This document shows, piece after piece, positions 1 to 11,433 of a DNA stretch of 64,000 nt. The position numbers and the translations under genes are program-made. The notes beneath the pieces were generated by a model. The model ran no database searches and was not told where the DNA came from. It saw nothing but the letters and a program-made list of their open reading frames with translations. The stretch lies in assembly GCA_964016885.1 (NCBI GenBank), contig OZ024741.1:372930001-372994000 (forward strand), read 5' to 3'. Each line of letters starts with the position of its first letter. Within the stretch, counting starts at the first letter, position 1. The DNA is from Eledone cirrhosa. Lineage: Eukaryota.

Positions 1-229
1 TCTGAACATGGAAGAGCCGAACTCCCACTGTCATCACCTCCATCTCTCTCACTCTCCCCATCTCTCTGTATTTGAGCAAATGGGGTCCCACATGCTGGCC
101 GCCCCACGGCCCTGGCAGACAGAATGGAGAAGGCGTTTCCCCGGAATATGGTAAGGGAGATGCGCTGGTAGAGTCATTCCATCTTGCGAGGCTCACACTT
201 GTGGCTAGCCAGCTCAGCGCCTATGGTCT

Positions 230-500
230 ATGTGTGTGTATGGAGGGGGAATATCAGGTGTAGTGTTAGAAAATTTCGGGAAGCATAGAAGTTTTGAAGG
301 ATGCAGTATCCTGACAGCTAGCAATTGATGCAGGTAGATTGCTTTGTGTCTCGATAGCTAACAACTGATGTAGGTAGATTGTTTGGTGTCCTGATAGCTA
401 ACAACTGATGCAGGTAGATTGTTTGGTGTCTCGATAGCTAACAACTGATGCAGGTAGATTGTTTGGTGTCCCGATAGCTAACAACTGATGCAGGTATGTA
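230..500 (-). mobile_element. CR1-type LINE 3'-end fragment containing a 40-bp tandem expansion
   Basis: 230-340 aligns by eye with 2970-3080 of the CR1 copy below (gtgtatgga..ggg..atcaggtgtagt..gaagcat..aaggatgcagt..cagcta.caa.tga.gcagg). Confidence 0.75.
311..496. repeat. 40-bp minisatellite, about 4.6 copies
   Basis: Unit NNgatagctaacaactgatgcaggtagattgtttggtgtc starts at 311, 351, 391, 431 and 471, with no unique spacers. Confidence 0.95.
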
Positions 501-574
501 GGTGTTTATCATCCAACAACTGGCATCATCAACTGCTATAATTGCACAAGAGATCATAAAAAAGCAAATATAGA

Positions 575-790
575 GGCAAGAAATTGATGGACCAAATTAT
601 GGAAGTGGTAGAAAGAATTATGGTACAGCACATTAGTAGATAATAGCCAACCACTATGCTGAGCATTTGTTGACTTGGAGAAGGTCTTTGATAGTGTATG
701 TACTCAGTAGTTTGATGGTCACTAAATGTGAATCAATGGCTTATGAGAGTTGGTCAAGCCATGTACTTGGAGGCTGGCAGCAAGGTAAGC
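575..790 (+). pseudogene. Degenerate RTE LINE reverse-transcriptase relic
   Basis: Translates to KLMDQIMEVVERI and AFVDLEKVFD, matching KLIDQVMKVTEKV and AFVD*EKAFD of the RTE at 45338. Confidence 0.7.
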
Positions 791-848
791 AAGGTAATAG
801 TGGTGATGGTGGTGTTGGCGGCTTCAAGCACTGAAAACATTATGTTAC

Positions 849-890
<42 letters not shown>

Positions 891-1189
891 AATCCCATAT
901 ACTGTAGTGGAATAAAAAACTCTATAGGGTCCCTCATTACTTAAGGCCCTAAGTATGTGCTTACTTTGCTTAATGGTTAATCCAATGCTGTTTTAATGTA
1001 ATCTATGGGTGAACAAGTGATACACAGGTTTTCCAGGTAATCTGACAGAAAGCAAGGACTTGGTATGTAGCAGATACACACAATTAATTTGCAGTAAAAG
1101 GATCCACAAAAGGAATTGTTTTAAACAATTAAAATAATTGACCGTAAGTATTTCTTAGGTGACTTAATCATCATTGTAGCCAGTATAAG

Positions 1190-1472
1190 TTTGTCTTGAG
1201 CCTGGAGGCTCATCAGACCAGTGCTTATCCTGGTTTTCGTGGTGTGAACCAACTGAGAGTACAAAACTTGCTTCCCCCTGGATAGGATGCCAGTCCATTG
1301 CAGGGTTAAACCTCAAGCTAATGCTGCTATTCATTTTCAGCTGAGTATACTGGAGCAATGTGAAATGAAGTGTTTTACTCAAGAACACAGCACACAACTT
1401 GGTCCAGGAATCGAACTCACGACATTATGACCGTAAGTTCAACACCCTTAACACTAGGCCACACACATCCAC
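1190..1472 (-). mobile_element. tRNA-derived SINE with CORE-like central domain (family B)
   Basis: Minus strand has A box TGGCCTAGTG, B box GTTCGATTCC, then gtgttcttgagtaaaacacttcatttcacattgctccagtatactcagctgaaaatg. Related copies near 7520, 12150, 12890, 16365, 20335, 29270, 40696, 54945 and 59480 (all +). Confidence 0.85.
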
Positions 1473-1479
1473 AACCCAG

Positions 1480-2150
1480 TACAAAACTGGTTGGAAAAAG
1501 TTCAGAGAGCTATTGACAACAGTAAAACATGAGTATTGGATACAGAGGATGTGTGAAGACTGGGTAGAAAGAAGTTAAACATACTTGTTGTGCGAGAGTA
1601 TGACATCCCCCACCTCCCTGGTGAGGGTGACTGGACCACTACATATAAATAGTAGTGGCCTGAGTAAGTGGGAAGTCGGTATTAGTTCCACAGTTCGTGT
1701 GTTGATAGTCAAAGCTGGAGTTCAAGTTCACAGTTTGAGTTAGCGTGTTAGATTGTTGGTTCTTAAAATATTGTTGTTTCGTTTGTGTGGTTATTGATGT
1801 TTGTTTCGATTATATTATTATTACACTGTTTCAGTGTATTTGTTTATCCATAAGGATATAACAATACTTTACTGGATGTCAGCAGAGCATAATATGATGA
1901 GGAAAAATATGGCTATAAGTGGAATCAGTGTGGAAAAGGAAAGACCGTGCTGATATGGACATACAATCTATATGAAAGATAATAGTTGGGTGGAGAAGGG
2001 CCAAGCAAACCAAGTGAAAAGAACCTGCATAAGAGCTAGACCAAGGAAGATATGGGAGAAAGTCAGGAAAGCTGACCTCAGAATGTTGTATCTCATAAAA
2101 GAAATGACTAGACACTCTAACATGTAAGCCTGGTAAAACACTAAACATGA
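1480..2150 (+). pseudogene. Degenerate RTE LINE C-terminal relic interrupted by a solo LTR
   Basis: KTGWKKFRELL at about 1484 and RARPRKIW at about 2032 match RTGWKKFRELI and GRPRKTW of the RTE at 46600-47000. Confidence 0.7.
1586..1863 (+). mobile_element. Solo LTR (278 bp) with 5-bp target-site duplication
   Basis: Begins TGTT and ends AACA. Flanked on both sides by ATACT (1581-1585, 1864-1868). Internal TATAAATA near 1644. The RTE relic continues across the insertion. Confidence 0.8.
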
Positions 2151-2835
2151 TGATAGTACATTTGTTTGAGTAAGCATTGAACTTTTGTCTTCTAAAGCAA
2201 TTCTCAAAGTTCAATATTGCTATAGCATACACTTTCAAGCTTCTTCTTTTTCTTCACCATCATCATAATTGTTGTTGTTATCGTCATTGAAGTCACCGCC
2301 ACCACCACCATTATCACTTCACATCCACTTTCCCCACTAGCAAGAGTTGAACAGGTCATCAGTGTTTCATCATTCAAATACATTTCAACATTCTACCAAG
2401 TGCTCAGAGGAGCTGGTGACCTGCAACTTTCTACAGAGTGCATTTTATTGTGACACAAGAGAAGTTGTCATGTCCATGATACAGTTGAAGAGTCCTTATA
2501 AGGAAGGTTTTTTTTATAGATGGATGCCCTTCCTATCAGTAACACTAGGGAAGTTAGATGAAGAACCCTCTCAATAAAAAATAAAAATAAATTCCCTTTT
2601 TATGATAAGCAGCATCATCTGACTGAGTTATAGGAATTTAAAAAACAAAAAAACTGGAAAAGAATTAATTGTCAGATTTGACCAAGAAAACAATATTTCT
2701 TTTATTCTTTCCATGGCTGATACAATCTGCTAGTCATAACTGGCAGGGGGAGAAGGGTTTTGAACACAAAACTTAACCCTTTAGCATTTACATTACTCTA
2801 TGTATACTATTGTATTGTCGTGGTAAATCCTTTAT

Positions 2836-5286
2836 AATAATAATAATGAAAATATTGTGTACAGTGCTCAGGTGCACTACAACTCATCAAAAGTGTATGT
2901 ATAGTACATAGGGTAATGTACAAACATCAGGAAAATGAACAGAGCATGAGTCATGATATACACATGTGTGCATGTGTATGGAAGGGGGACATCAGGTGTA
3001 GTTTTGGCGAATTTCAGGAAGCATGAGGGTTTTAAAGGATGCAGTGTCTTGGCAGCTAACAACTGACGCAGGCAGTTTGTTCCATGCTTCAGCAACTCTA
3101 AGCGTGAAAAAATGTTTCCAAAAGTCATGGGAGCTGTGCTGTTTTCTGACTTTGTAGGCATGCCCACGTGTGTTAGACACATGGAGATCAAAAAGGTGCT
3201 CAGGGTTGTTGTTGGCGAGATGGTTAATAACTTTGTGGGTGTTTACCAAATCCATTACCAGATGTCGGAGCTTCAATGAATCCATGCCCAGGGAAGCAAG
3301 GCATTCAGAGTATGGTAGGTGTCTGATGGAGGGTATGCGCTTGGTTGCACATCTCTGAACAGTTTCCAGGAGGTCGATGTTCTGAGCAAGATAGAGGCTC
3401 CAGACTGATGATGCGAATTCCATGTGTGGTCATACCATAGCTGTATACAGCTTTAAATAGATGGCTGGAGAGCGGCTAACAAAGGTTTTGCTGAGTGATG
3501 CCAAGACACCTTCGGCCTTCTTGACAATTTTAGAGATGTGCTTTGTCCAACGCAAATCGTTGCTGACAGTAATGCCCAGGTCACGTTCACAAGAGGACTT
3601 CTTGATATCAGTGTTGTGGAGGGAGTATGTGGACGCTGGATTTTTCCCCCCAAAATACATGGTGGTACACTTGTCCACAGCCAGCTTGAGTTGCCAGTCT
3701 GTGATCCATTGCTGCATTGTGTCCAGGTCTGATTGTAGGAAAGAGTTGTAAATTTCAGGATCAGTCCTTTTGATTTCAAGGTACAGCTTGATGTCATCTG
3801 CATATTTTAGTACCGTGGCATTCTGTAAGTTGGCCTCTATGTCATTAATGTATGCAACAAACAAAAGGGGACCAAAAACAGATCCCTGTGGTACACCAGA
3901 TGACATCTCATATGGTGAAGAATGCTGTCCTAGAACCGTGACTACTTCTTTTCGGCTGAGAATGAAGGATTTCAAAAAGTTCATCCTTCACACCCATTGC
4001 AGAGAGTTTCGCCATAAGTCTTTTGTGTGGCACAGAATTAAAAACCTTAGTGAAGTCAAGGTAAACAACATCCACCCATGAGCCGCTATCAGTGATCCGG
4101 GTAATGTCTTCAAGGAACTCAATAAGCTGATCACAGCAGCTGGAGTTAGGGATAAATCCAAATTGCGAGGGCCGGATGAGGCTGTGAGACCTCCAGAAGT
4201 TCCAAAGTGTTTCTCTGACACAGGATTCCATCAGTTTGGCAATACAGCTAGTAAGACTGACTGGACGATAGTTGACAGGCGACGTGCGGTCGCCCTTTTT
4301 GAACAGGGGAATGACACTGGCAGTTTTCCACTGCTCTGGAGTAGCACCATTGTTGAGACAGTATTGAAAGAAGAAAGAAAGCTGGCGCAAAAGGAAATAC
4401 CCGCCATGTTTGAGAAGCAGGTATGTAACACCATCAAGACCAGGGGAGGCATAGTTGCGCTTATTCTTAAGGTGACGTCGCAGCATTGCAGGTGTAAATT
4501 CCAAAGTTGTTATGGAATTTGATGTTAGAGATGGTGGAGATAGTACATTCTGGTTTTCAACAGTAAAAATGCTTGCATAGCACTCAGCAATGAGTTCTGC
4601 GCATTCTTTGGGATCGTCAGTGATCTGGCTTGTGTGGGGATTGCGAAGAGGACCAATTGGAGAGTGAGGTCTCTGCTTTGAATGTACATATTTCCAGAAC
4701 ACCTTACTGTCAGGATTGGTTGCTATGCACTGTTCAAATTCAAGCACTGCCTTTTTGTCACTTGCTTGAGATGGTTGGAAGATTTATTCCGCTTTTTTCT
4801 ATTGGCATCTGACTTATGTAGTTTATATTCCCGTTCAGCATTCCAACGTTCTTTCTTGGCAAGTCGGACCGCTGAAGTTTCCCAAATTGCACTTTTAGGG
4901 TGTTTTTTTTTCTGCTTACGTGGCACTGATGCTGCACATGCTATCCATATTGAGTCCAGGATGCTCTGGAGTATAGTGTTCACATCTCCAGAGTTATAGA
5001 ACTCATGCCAGTTTGGACACTGTAGCTCAGTGCAGTACAAGTTCCAATCTGCTTTCTTCCAATCAAAGCAAGCAGATTGGAGATCGTTCTGGTTTTTGTT
5101 GCTGCCCGCAAGAGCCAGATTGGCAATGGTCATAGCATGATCAGAGTTGCCTAGAGATTCCTCAGTAGTACAACTGATAACCACTTCAGGAGTAGTGGTG
5201 AAGAGCAGGTCTAAAGTGTTGTCACCTCTTGTTGGAGAGCTGACTACTTGTGACCAGTTTGAGTCCAGCACTAGCTCAAGGAAATC
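2836..5286 (-). mobile_element. 5'-truncated CR1-clade LINE, ORF2 pseudogenised (end of APE endonuclease, RT, C-terminus)
   Basis: ORF pieces 4723-5271 (PTRGDNTLDLLF..LGNSDH), 3908-4747 (LFKKGDR..NYRPVSLTS..VYLDFTKVF), 3430-3984 (GVPQGSVFGPLLF, KYADD) and 2992-3423 (NTRGH..FFTLRVAEAWNKLP). Two frameshifts and one in-frame TGA at 3430. (ATT)n tail at 2836-2847. Confidence 0.95.
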
Positions 5287-5354
5287 TTACATAATTACCT
5301 CAGATAATAGTGAATCTATGAGATTTTGATGTTATTCATTTTGAGAACAATACC

Positions 5355-5990
5355 TTAACATTGGTATGAATGGCCGATTACAGCTGGTTTGAATAGAAAG
5401 AGGTGAGAGAATTCTGGCTAGATACAGCTGGTTTAAATGCTAAATTCATCAGTATGGGTGACTGGTTACAGCCAGTTTGAACTGAAAGAGGTGAAAGAAA
5501 TTCTGGAAAGATACAGTCGGTTTAAATGCTAAAGGGTTAACATCAGTATGGGTGACTGGTTACAGCCAGTTTGAACTGAAAGAAGTGAAATAGAATTCTG
5601 GAAAGATACAGTCGGTTTAAATGCTAAAGGGTTAACATCAGTATGGGTGGCTGGTTACAGCCAGTTTGAACTGAAAGAGGTGAAAGAGAATTCTGAAAAG
5701 ATACACCGGGTTTAAATGCTAAAGGGTTAACATCAGTATGGGTGGCTGGTTACAGCCAGTTTGGACAGGAAGAAGTGAGAGAATTCTGGCCAGATACAGC
5801 GGGTTTAAATGCTAAAGGGTTAACATCAGTATGGGTGGCTGGTTATAGCCAGTTTGGACAGGAAGAAGTGAGAGAATTCTGGCCAGATACAGCAGGTTTA
5901 AATGCTATGGGTGGCTGGTTATAACCAGATTGAACAGGAAGAGGTGAGAGAATTCTAGCCAGATATGGCTGGTTTAAATGCTAGAGTTAA
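5355..5990 (+). repeat. Tandem array of about 7 copies of a ~93-bp MITE terminal segment
   Basis: Unit ttaacatcagtatgggtg.ctggttacagccagtttg...gagaattctgg..agatacag..ggtttaaatgctaaaggg repeated head-to-tail. Confidence 0.95.
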
Positions 5991-6729
5991 AGAGCAATCC
6001 AAAGCCCCTTTATCCAATCCACTGCTGCTTTATTTATTAATGGCAAAAGGATAAAAGGCAAAATTAACCTCAGTGGAATTTGAAATCAGAGAGCAGTGAG
6101 CTGGAACAAAGCGAGGCATTTGATCTGACAACCTAATGACTCTGCCTATTAATGTATATCTTAGCAAAATACATTAACTAAGCTTTATTATCAATAAGAG
6201 AGGCTGTGACTATGTAAGATATGAGTCTATCAATCTAGTATAGATTATATCTTCTCTTGTAATTAAATATCTCTGAACATTTCAAAGAACTAATCAAGAG
6301 CATTCCTTCTTTTTCTCTTTTTAAATGATTAATTTTGATTTCATTAGTTTATTGATGGTTCCATCTAAGGAGAAACTATCAAGTTTTCTCTAATGGTGGA
6401 ACTAAAATATATGCTTCATTTCATAACTGTCAATTGATTTTTAATAGCAACAACATTGTGTTTTTTTTTTACATTTTTTACATTAGGTTCATATAACTTA
6501 ACTCTTTTAATACAAGATCATTTTTTAGGACGAGTATTTAACAAATACACTAGAGTTACAATTAGGAAAGGGAGAAGAATTCTTAGAATGAAAATGGTAT
6601 GATTGAGATGGGTATAACTGCTCTTCAAATATCATTGATTTTTTTCTTCTCTTTTGAAGAAAAAACCCAACAAAAACATATATGTAAATTGACTGATATG
6701 AATAAAAAATTGTCATATGAAACGAAACT

Positions 6730-6836
6730 GATATATATATATTGTGTGTGTTTGTATTTATGTATATATGTGTGCATATGTATATATTTATGTATGTATG
6801 TATATGTGTGTATATAAGTGTGTATATGTGTGTGAA

Positions 6837-6890
<54 letters not shown>

Positions 6891-6900
6891 GAGAGAGGGG
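6730..6900. repeat. Compound (TA)/(TG)/(TATG) microsatellite
   Basis: Directly visible low-complexity dinucleotide tract. Confidence 0.9.
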
Positions 6901-7072
6901 GCAGTGAAAGATGCATACACACATTTTTATAATTGTATGCATATGCATGAATATCAATGAACAATGGAGTACGGATGAACTGAGAGAAAAGCTGGGTGTG
7001 CAAGAGAGAAGACTGTTGGGGTGACTGAAAAAACCCAAAACAAAGGTAATAATAATAATAATAATAATAATA

Positions 7073-7250
7073 ATTGTTTCTACTTTTGGCACAAGGCTAG
7101 CAATTACCCAGTGTATTACTGGTACTTTATTTTATCGACCCCGTAAGGATGAAAGGCAAAGTTAACCTCGATGGGATTTGAACTCAGACCGTAAAGGGAC
7201 ATAACTATGCTGGAAAGCATGGCATCCGACCCTCTACTGATACTGCCAAT
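7073..7250 (-). mobile_element. SINE family A, short young form (~185 bp)
   Basis: Reverse complement of ttggcagtatc.gtagagggtcgga.gccatgc...gagttcaaatccc..cgaggttaactttgcctttcatccttacggggtcgataaaataaagtaccag...gccttgtgccaaaagtagaaacaat. B-box-like GAGTTCAAATCC. Confidence 0.9.
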
Positions 7251-7254
7251 AATA

Positions 7255-7255
<1 letters not shown>

Positions 7256-7320
<65 letters not shown>

Positions 7321-7350
7321 TTACATATATATATATATATATATACACAC
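7256..7350. repeat. (GT)n followed by (TA)n microsatellite
   Basis: Directly visible. Confidence 0.95.
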
Positions 7351-8188
7351 AAACACATGTATGCAACTATATGTATATGAAAGGCTTCCATTTGCCAAAA
7401 TCTGAAGCTACAGTACAAGACATTTACCTAAGGAGTTGCAGGGTAAAACTGAACCAAGAACCTCAGGGTTACAAAGTAGTCTTCTTAACCGTAGAACTGT
7501 ATATACCTGAAAGTATCTGGCTTAGTGGTTAATTTGTTTAGCTCATGATCATAAAGTCATAAATTTGATTCCTGGCAGTGTGTTATGTTCTTGAGCAAGA
7601 CCTTCTATTTCATGTTGCTCTAATCCACTCAGCTAGAAAAAAAAAAGAGTTATATCTATAATTCAAAGGGCAACCCTTGTCACCCTTGTATTATGCTGAA
7701 TCTCCCTGAGAATTATGTTATGAGTACATGTCTCTGGAAAATGCTCAGCTACTTGCACATAAATTTCATGTGCAGGCTGTTCTGTTGATCAAGTCAACTG
7801 GAACAACTCATGCAACAGAACATAGGAAAATCTCTTCCTTTCTGCTTCTTCCTTTGCAAAATATACCTGTCACCTAGTTCCTCTTCTAGCTACTTAGTAT
7901 TCTTCTCTGCTGCCCACTCCCATCTTCTGGCCTTTCCAAGCCTGTCTCTTAACCTTTACGGCCCTATCTAAAGTATTATTCCACCACAAAATCACTTTCT
8001 GTCTGGCTAGAACCTTACTTCAGTTATATTTCTTAGCTGTCACTTTCATAGTAACTCCACTTGTCCTCTATATTACATATTAACATATTTCTCATCTGTC
8101 ATTTTCATTGTATTTGCCAGTTGTTCTTTATATTACATATTTTCTCATATGTCAACCATAATAGACTGTCTCATAGTAACTCCCAGTT

Positions 8189-9066
8189 TCATAGCTAAGG
8201 GTAAGACAAAACACTATTAACGCGAACAAAAAAGAAAGATAAAAAGGAAATGAAAATAAAAAAAAAATCAAGCATCAAAAGCAAAGGAGAGGTGGATGGA
8301 TAGACAATACACTCCAGTCTAAGCTGTTGTTCAGCTGTGCCCTACAGACAAAATGACAAAGGCGTTACCACGGAGAATAGCCAGAGATACCTGCTGCATC
8401 AGCCACCCCACCTCATGGGGTCCCTTCTCAAGTGGGCTACTGTCTTTCCGATTTTATGGAGAAAAGCAGCAGTGCAGGGATCAAGGACACCAGAGGTTTT
8501 GAGGAAGCCTGATACAAAGAGAAAGAGGTTGGTCAGGCTCTGGTATTTAACTATCTTCCTCTCCTCTACATTGTGGGCAGCAGAGCCAGGGTTTTTGGCC
8601 AAAGCAACAGGGTTGGAGATGGAAAATGAGTTGCAGCACATTACGTCTCAAATTAGGGATTTGTCCCCCTCAAAAGAGAAGACGCTTAATCTGTCCGGGC
8701 ACTTGCCATCACCATGGTTGAGGCGAGCCAGCTTCGATTGTTACAAGAAACTGGCTGTGCTGAGGCTCCTTCTGATGATGTCATTTACAGCAGTGTGTCA
8801 GGGGAGTTGGCCTGCATTAAGGTGGCAAGATAACAGGTGCACACTGAACCCATCAACCACTGCTCCACAATGGCACTTGTATGACTCACATATATGGAGG
8901 CGAAGGTGCTGTGCCATTCCAATGTCAGTGCATTGATCATCAAGAATGGTGCCAGTTGATGATGAAGGCACTGAACTGAACCAAGAGCCACTGTTTGATT
9001 GTGAAGCAGAGTGGAGACAGGTGAGACAGAATTGGTCTAAGGAAGACTCAATCTGCCTGAAGGTGG
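8189..9066 (-). mobile_element. CRE-like non-LTR retrotransposon 3' fragment (Zn-knuckle plus restriction-like endonuclease), degenerate
   Basis: Minus strand translates to CHCGAVVDGFSVHLLSC..HTAVNDIIRRSL..GDGKCPD..DVMC..GSAAHNVEERKIVKY..VSLAILRGNA, the CCHC / RPD / K..KY / QRGNA layout of CRE-clade RLE domains. Flanked by ACTCCCAGTT at 8179-8188 and 9067-9076. Confidence 0.8.
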
Positions 9067-9419
9067 ACTCCCAGTTGTCCTATATATGTTGTCATATTTC
9101 TAATCTGTCACCCTCAGTAAACTGTGTCATAAGAAATCCCAGTTGTCATCTATATTATACCACAGGATGGTTGAATAGTTAAGAAGTTTATTTCACAATC
9201 ATTAGGTCCTGGGTTCAAACCCATTGCAGGGTATCTTGAACAAATGACATTTACTGTAGCCCTGGGTTGACCCATGCCTTGTGAGTGAAATTGGAGAGTT
9301 GAAAACTGTGTCGTTTGATGGACTGTTTCATTGATCGAACAACTAGAACACTTATCGTTGAAACCGACGGAGGTCCATTCTATTAAGAAGTGTTATAAGA
9401 AATATTTAAATATTATGAA

Positions 9420-10055
9420 CTAGCAGTGGTACCCGGCGTTGCATGGGATAAGGTATTTTGGAACGCGGGCCGCCAACAGACCTAATCGTGGAAAAACTGC
9501 ATGCCTGGACAATATGTAAAGAAAATAAACCGAATACTCTGATGGCTGGATAATCTTTAAGATTTTCATCAATGAAGCAGGAAAAATACAGGTTTTCACC
9601 TAATGCGGGTCCTAGGGGATCAAGAAAATGAATTTTGTTTATCGCATATGCCTAGAAATTTCGGGAAAATCGGCTAGATGTAACGCCTCAAAAAGCCCTA
9701 AAAAGCTGAAAAAAGGAAGTTTTTCACCTAATGCGGGCCCTAGGCCATAAAAAAGTTGGATTTTCTTTGCTCACGGTATGAAGAAGAGACTGACTAATAC
9801 ATAGTTACAATTTCAAGGAAATCGGTCTGACGTAGCGCCTCAAAAAACCCCTAAAAAGCTGAAAAAAACGCAGTTTTTCATCTAATGCAGGCCATAGGGG
9901 ATCAAAATGTTGAATTTTTTTTATGTGCATAACACTCCCTGAAACATAAGTAATACACATGTAAAGTTTGAAAAATATCGGTTGGGTACTTGTCGAGTTT
10001 TAGGGATTCAAACTCACAGACACACACACAGACAGACATCCTTTTATATATATAG
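9420..10055 (-). mobile_element. Non-autonomous Helitron-like element
   Basis: On - strand it starts CTATATATATAAAAGG followed by a GTCT/GT microsatellite. It ends with hairpin CCCATGCAACGCCGGG then TACCACTG-CTAG|T. No TSD; CpG-richer than flanks; three internal ttttca.ctaatgc.gg subrepeats. Confidence 0.8.
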
Positions 10056-10239
10056 TCACTGAAATATCCTTCTAATAATTTTAACTAATTTTATATTGGT
10101 TATATTAATGACTTAAATCAGCCATCAGACAAAAGAAGCAATGAATATAAAAAAAAAAAACCCATTAAAAAACGATACATAATTATACTCCTGAAAAGTT
10201 CCACATCAATAAATTCTTGTTGTTGGCAGCTCAGCTTAC

Positions 10240-10328
10240 CAACGTATCAAGTGATGCCCTCAGACGTACTTAGTTATTTCAGCGTCTTAGCTTTGCTATC
10301 ACCTACAGTAATGCTACTGTTGGTTTGC
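10240..10328 (-). other. Candidate minus-strand exon (89 nt) containing stop codons
   Basis: Acceptor ccctctaatatttttttAG and donor TG|GTAAGC. Reads GKPTVALL* or QTNSSITVGDSKAKTLK* depending on phase. Lies in non-repeat sequence. Confidence 0.25.
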
Positions 10329-10644
10329 CTAAAAAAATATTAGAGGGAAACTCCAGCGCCCCTTATTGTGGTGTGTGATTGAGTGTGAGGGTCTTCTTCC
10401 CACCATTTATTATTCACCCTTTTTTCTTTCTTTCTTTGTTTGTTTTTTTTTAAAGTATATATCTGCATAGTTTTATTCATTACATAAATTGTATTGCCAC
10501 TTTTATAAAATAAATAGTTGCATACTGCATTTAAGACGAGTAAAAACTAAGGGAAATAATTCAAATATTTCATAGTTATTTCCCCTTGAACAGAAGCAAG
10601 CGTCACAACTTGGAAGAAAAACCAATAGTGATAGTAATAATTAT

Positions 10645-10872
10645 ATTTCTTTCTAACATTGGCACAAGGCCAGAAATTTTAGAGAAGGGAAAAGTCGAAT
10701 ATATCGACCTCAGTATTTAACTGGTACTTTATTTTATCGATCCCAGAAGGATGAAAAAAAAACAAAACAAAGTTAACCATGGCAGGATTTGAACTCAGAA
10801 TGTAGAACGTCATAATTAAATACTGCAAAGTATTTTGTCTGACACTGTACTAATACTGTCAATAAACTGCCA
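10645..10872 (-). mobile_element. SINE family A, long form
   Basis: Same core as 7073 plus an extra gtcga....atcgac hairpin segment. Other isolated copies near 6010, 13215, 15935, 21562, 26500, 48272 and 60060 (-) and 39428, 51877 (+). Confidence 0.85.
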
Positions 10873-11043
10873 TAATAAAGATAATAATGCTGATTGAAAT
10901 TATTCTTTAATAAAACATTAATGAAAGTATACAAGTTATATCGGATGTTATTGTCTCACCGAGGTTGGGCTCTGCTTGAGTAGATACAAGATATGCAAGC
11001 TGTCAGTTGAACAAGTAGATACAATCTGCAGATCTACTGAACC

Positions 11044-11075
<32 letters not shown>

Positions 11076-11433
11076 TGGGTAAAATTCCCAAGATAATATT
11101 TGTCTCAGAGATAGCTGATCCATCATCCACTAGCCCTCCTTGTGGCTCTAAACCAGCAGAATCATAACGACCAGACTGCTCTTTGACAGTGTAGTTAGGG
11201 GCTCTAACCCTAGTGCTGTTAAATACACTCTCCATGGTTCTTTTCAATGGCTGATAATACCTTACCGGCAGCACTCGAGTAAGGTAATTATTTAACCCAT
11301 AAATGTACTAACAGGTACTACTACTTCGGGCCAGAGCAGACTTGGGAGTGATAACAACTAAGGAGTAACTCCACATTCCCCACAGCTCCTGAACTCCCGA
11401 ACTGGATCCTTGCCACTGGATGCAGTTTAATGC

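Larger units (their letters stand above)
2777..5990 (+). mobile_element. piggyBac-like TTAA MITE split by a CR1 insertion, with its right end tandemly amplified
   Basis: Left part TTAA|CCCTTTAGCATTTACATTACTC...CTTTAT (2773-2835) and right part ATCTTACATAATT... (from 5284) join to give the intact family sequence seen at 15004-15223. Confidence 0.85.

Noticed and set aside
311-496. CRISPR-like regular 40-bp periodicity
   Set aside because: Units are contiguous with no unique spacers, derive from a LINE, and there are no cas genes in a eukaryotic context.
6529-6596. Plus-strand exon-like segment (ttttttAG..ATG|GTATGA, open frame RVFNKYTRVTIRKGRRILRMKM)
   Set aside because: Isolated, with no recognisable homology or partner exons. 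Plausible by chance in AT-rich DNA.
6525-7532. YI/HT/CV-rich ORFs (also 49731-50690)
   Set aside because: These are translations of (TA)n and (TG)n tracts.
8337-8936. 199-aa plus-strand ORF
   Set aside because: It is the antisense shadow of the CRE-like element. The recognisable motifs are on the minus strand.
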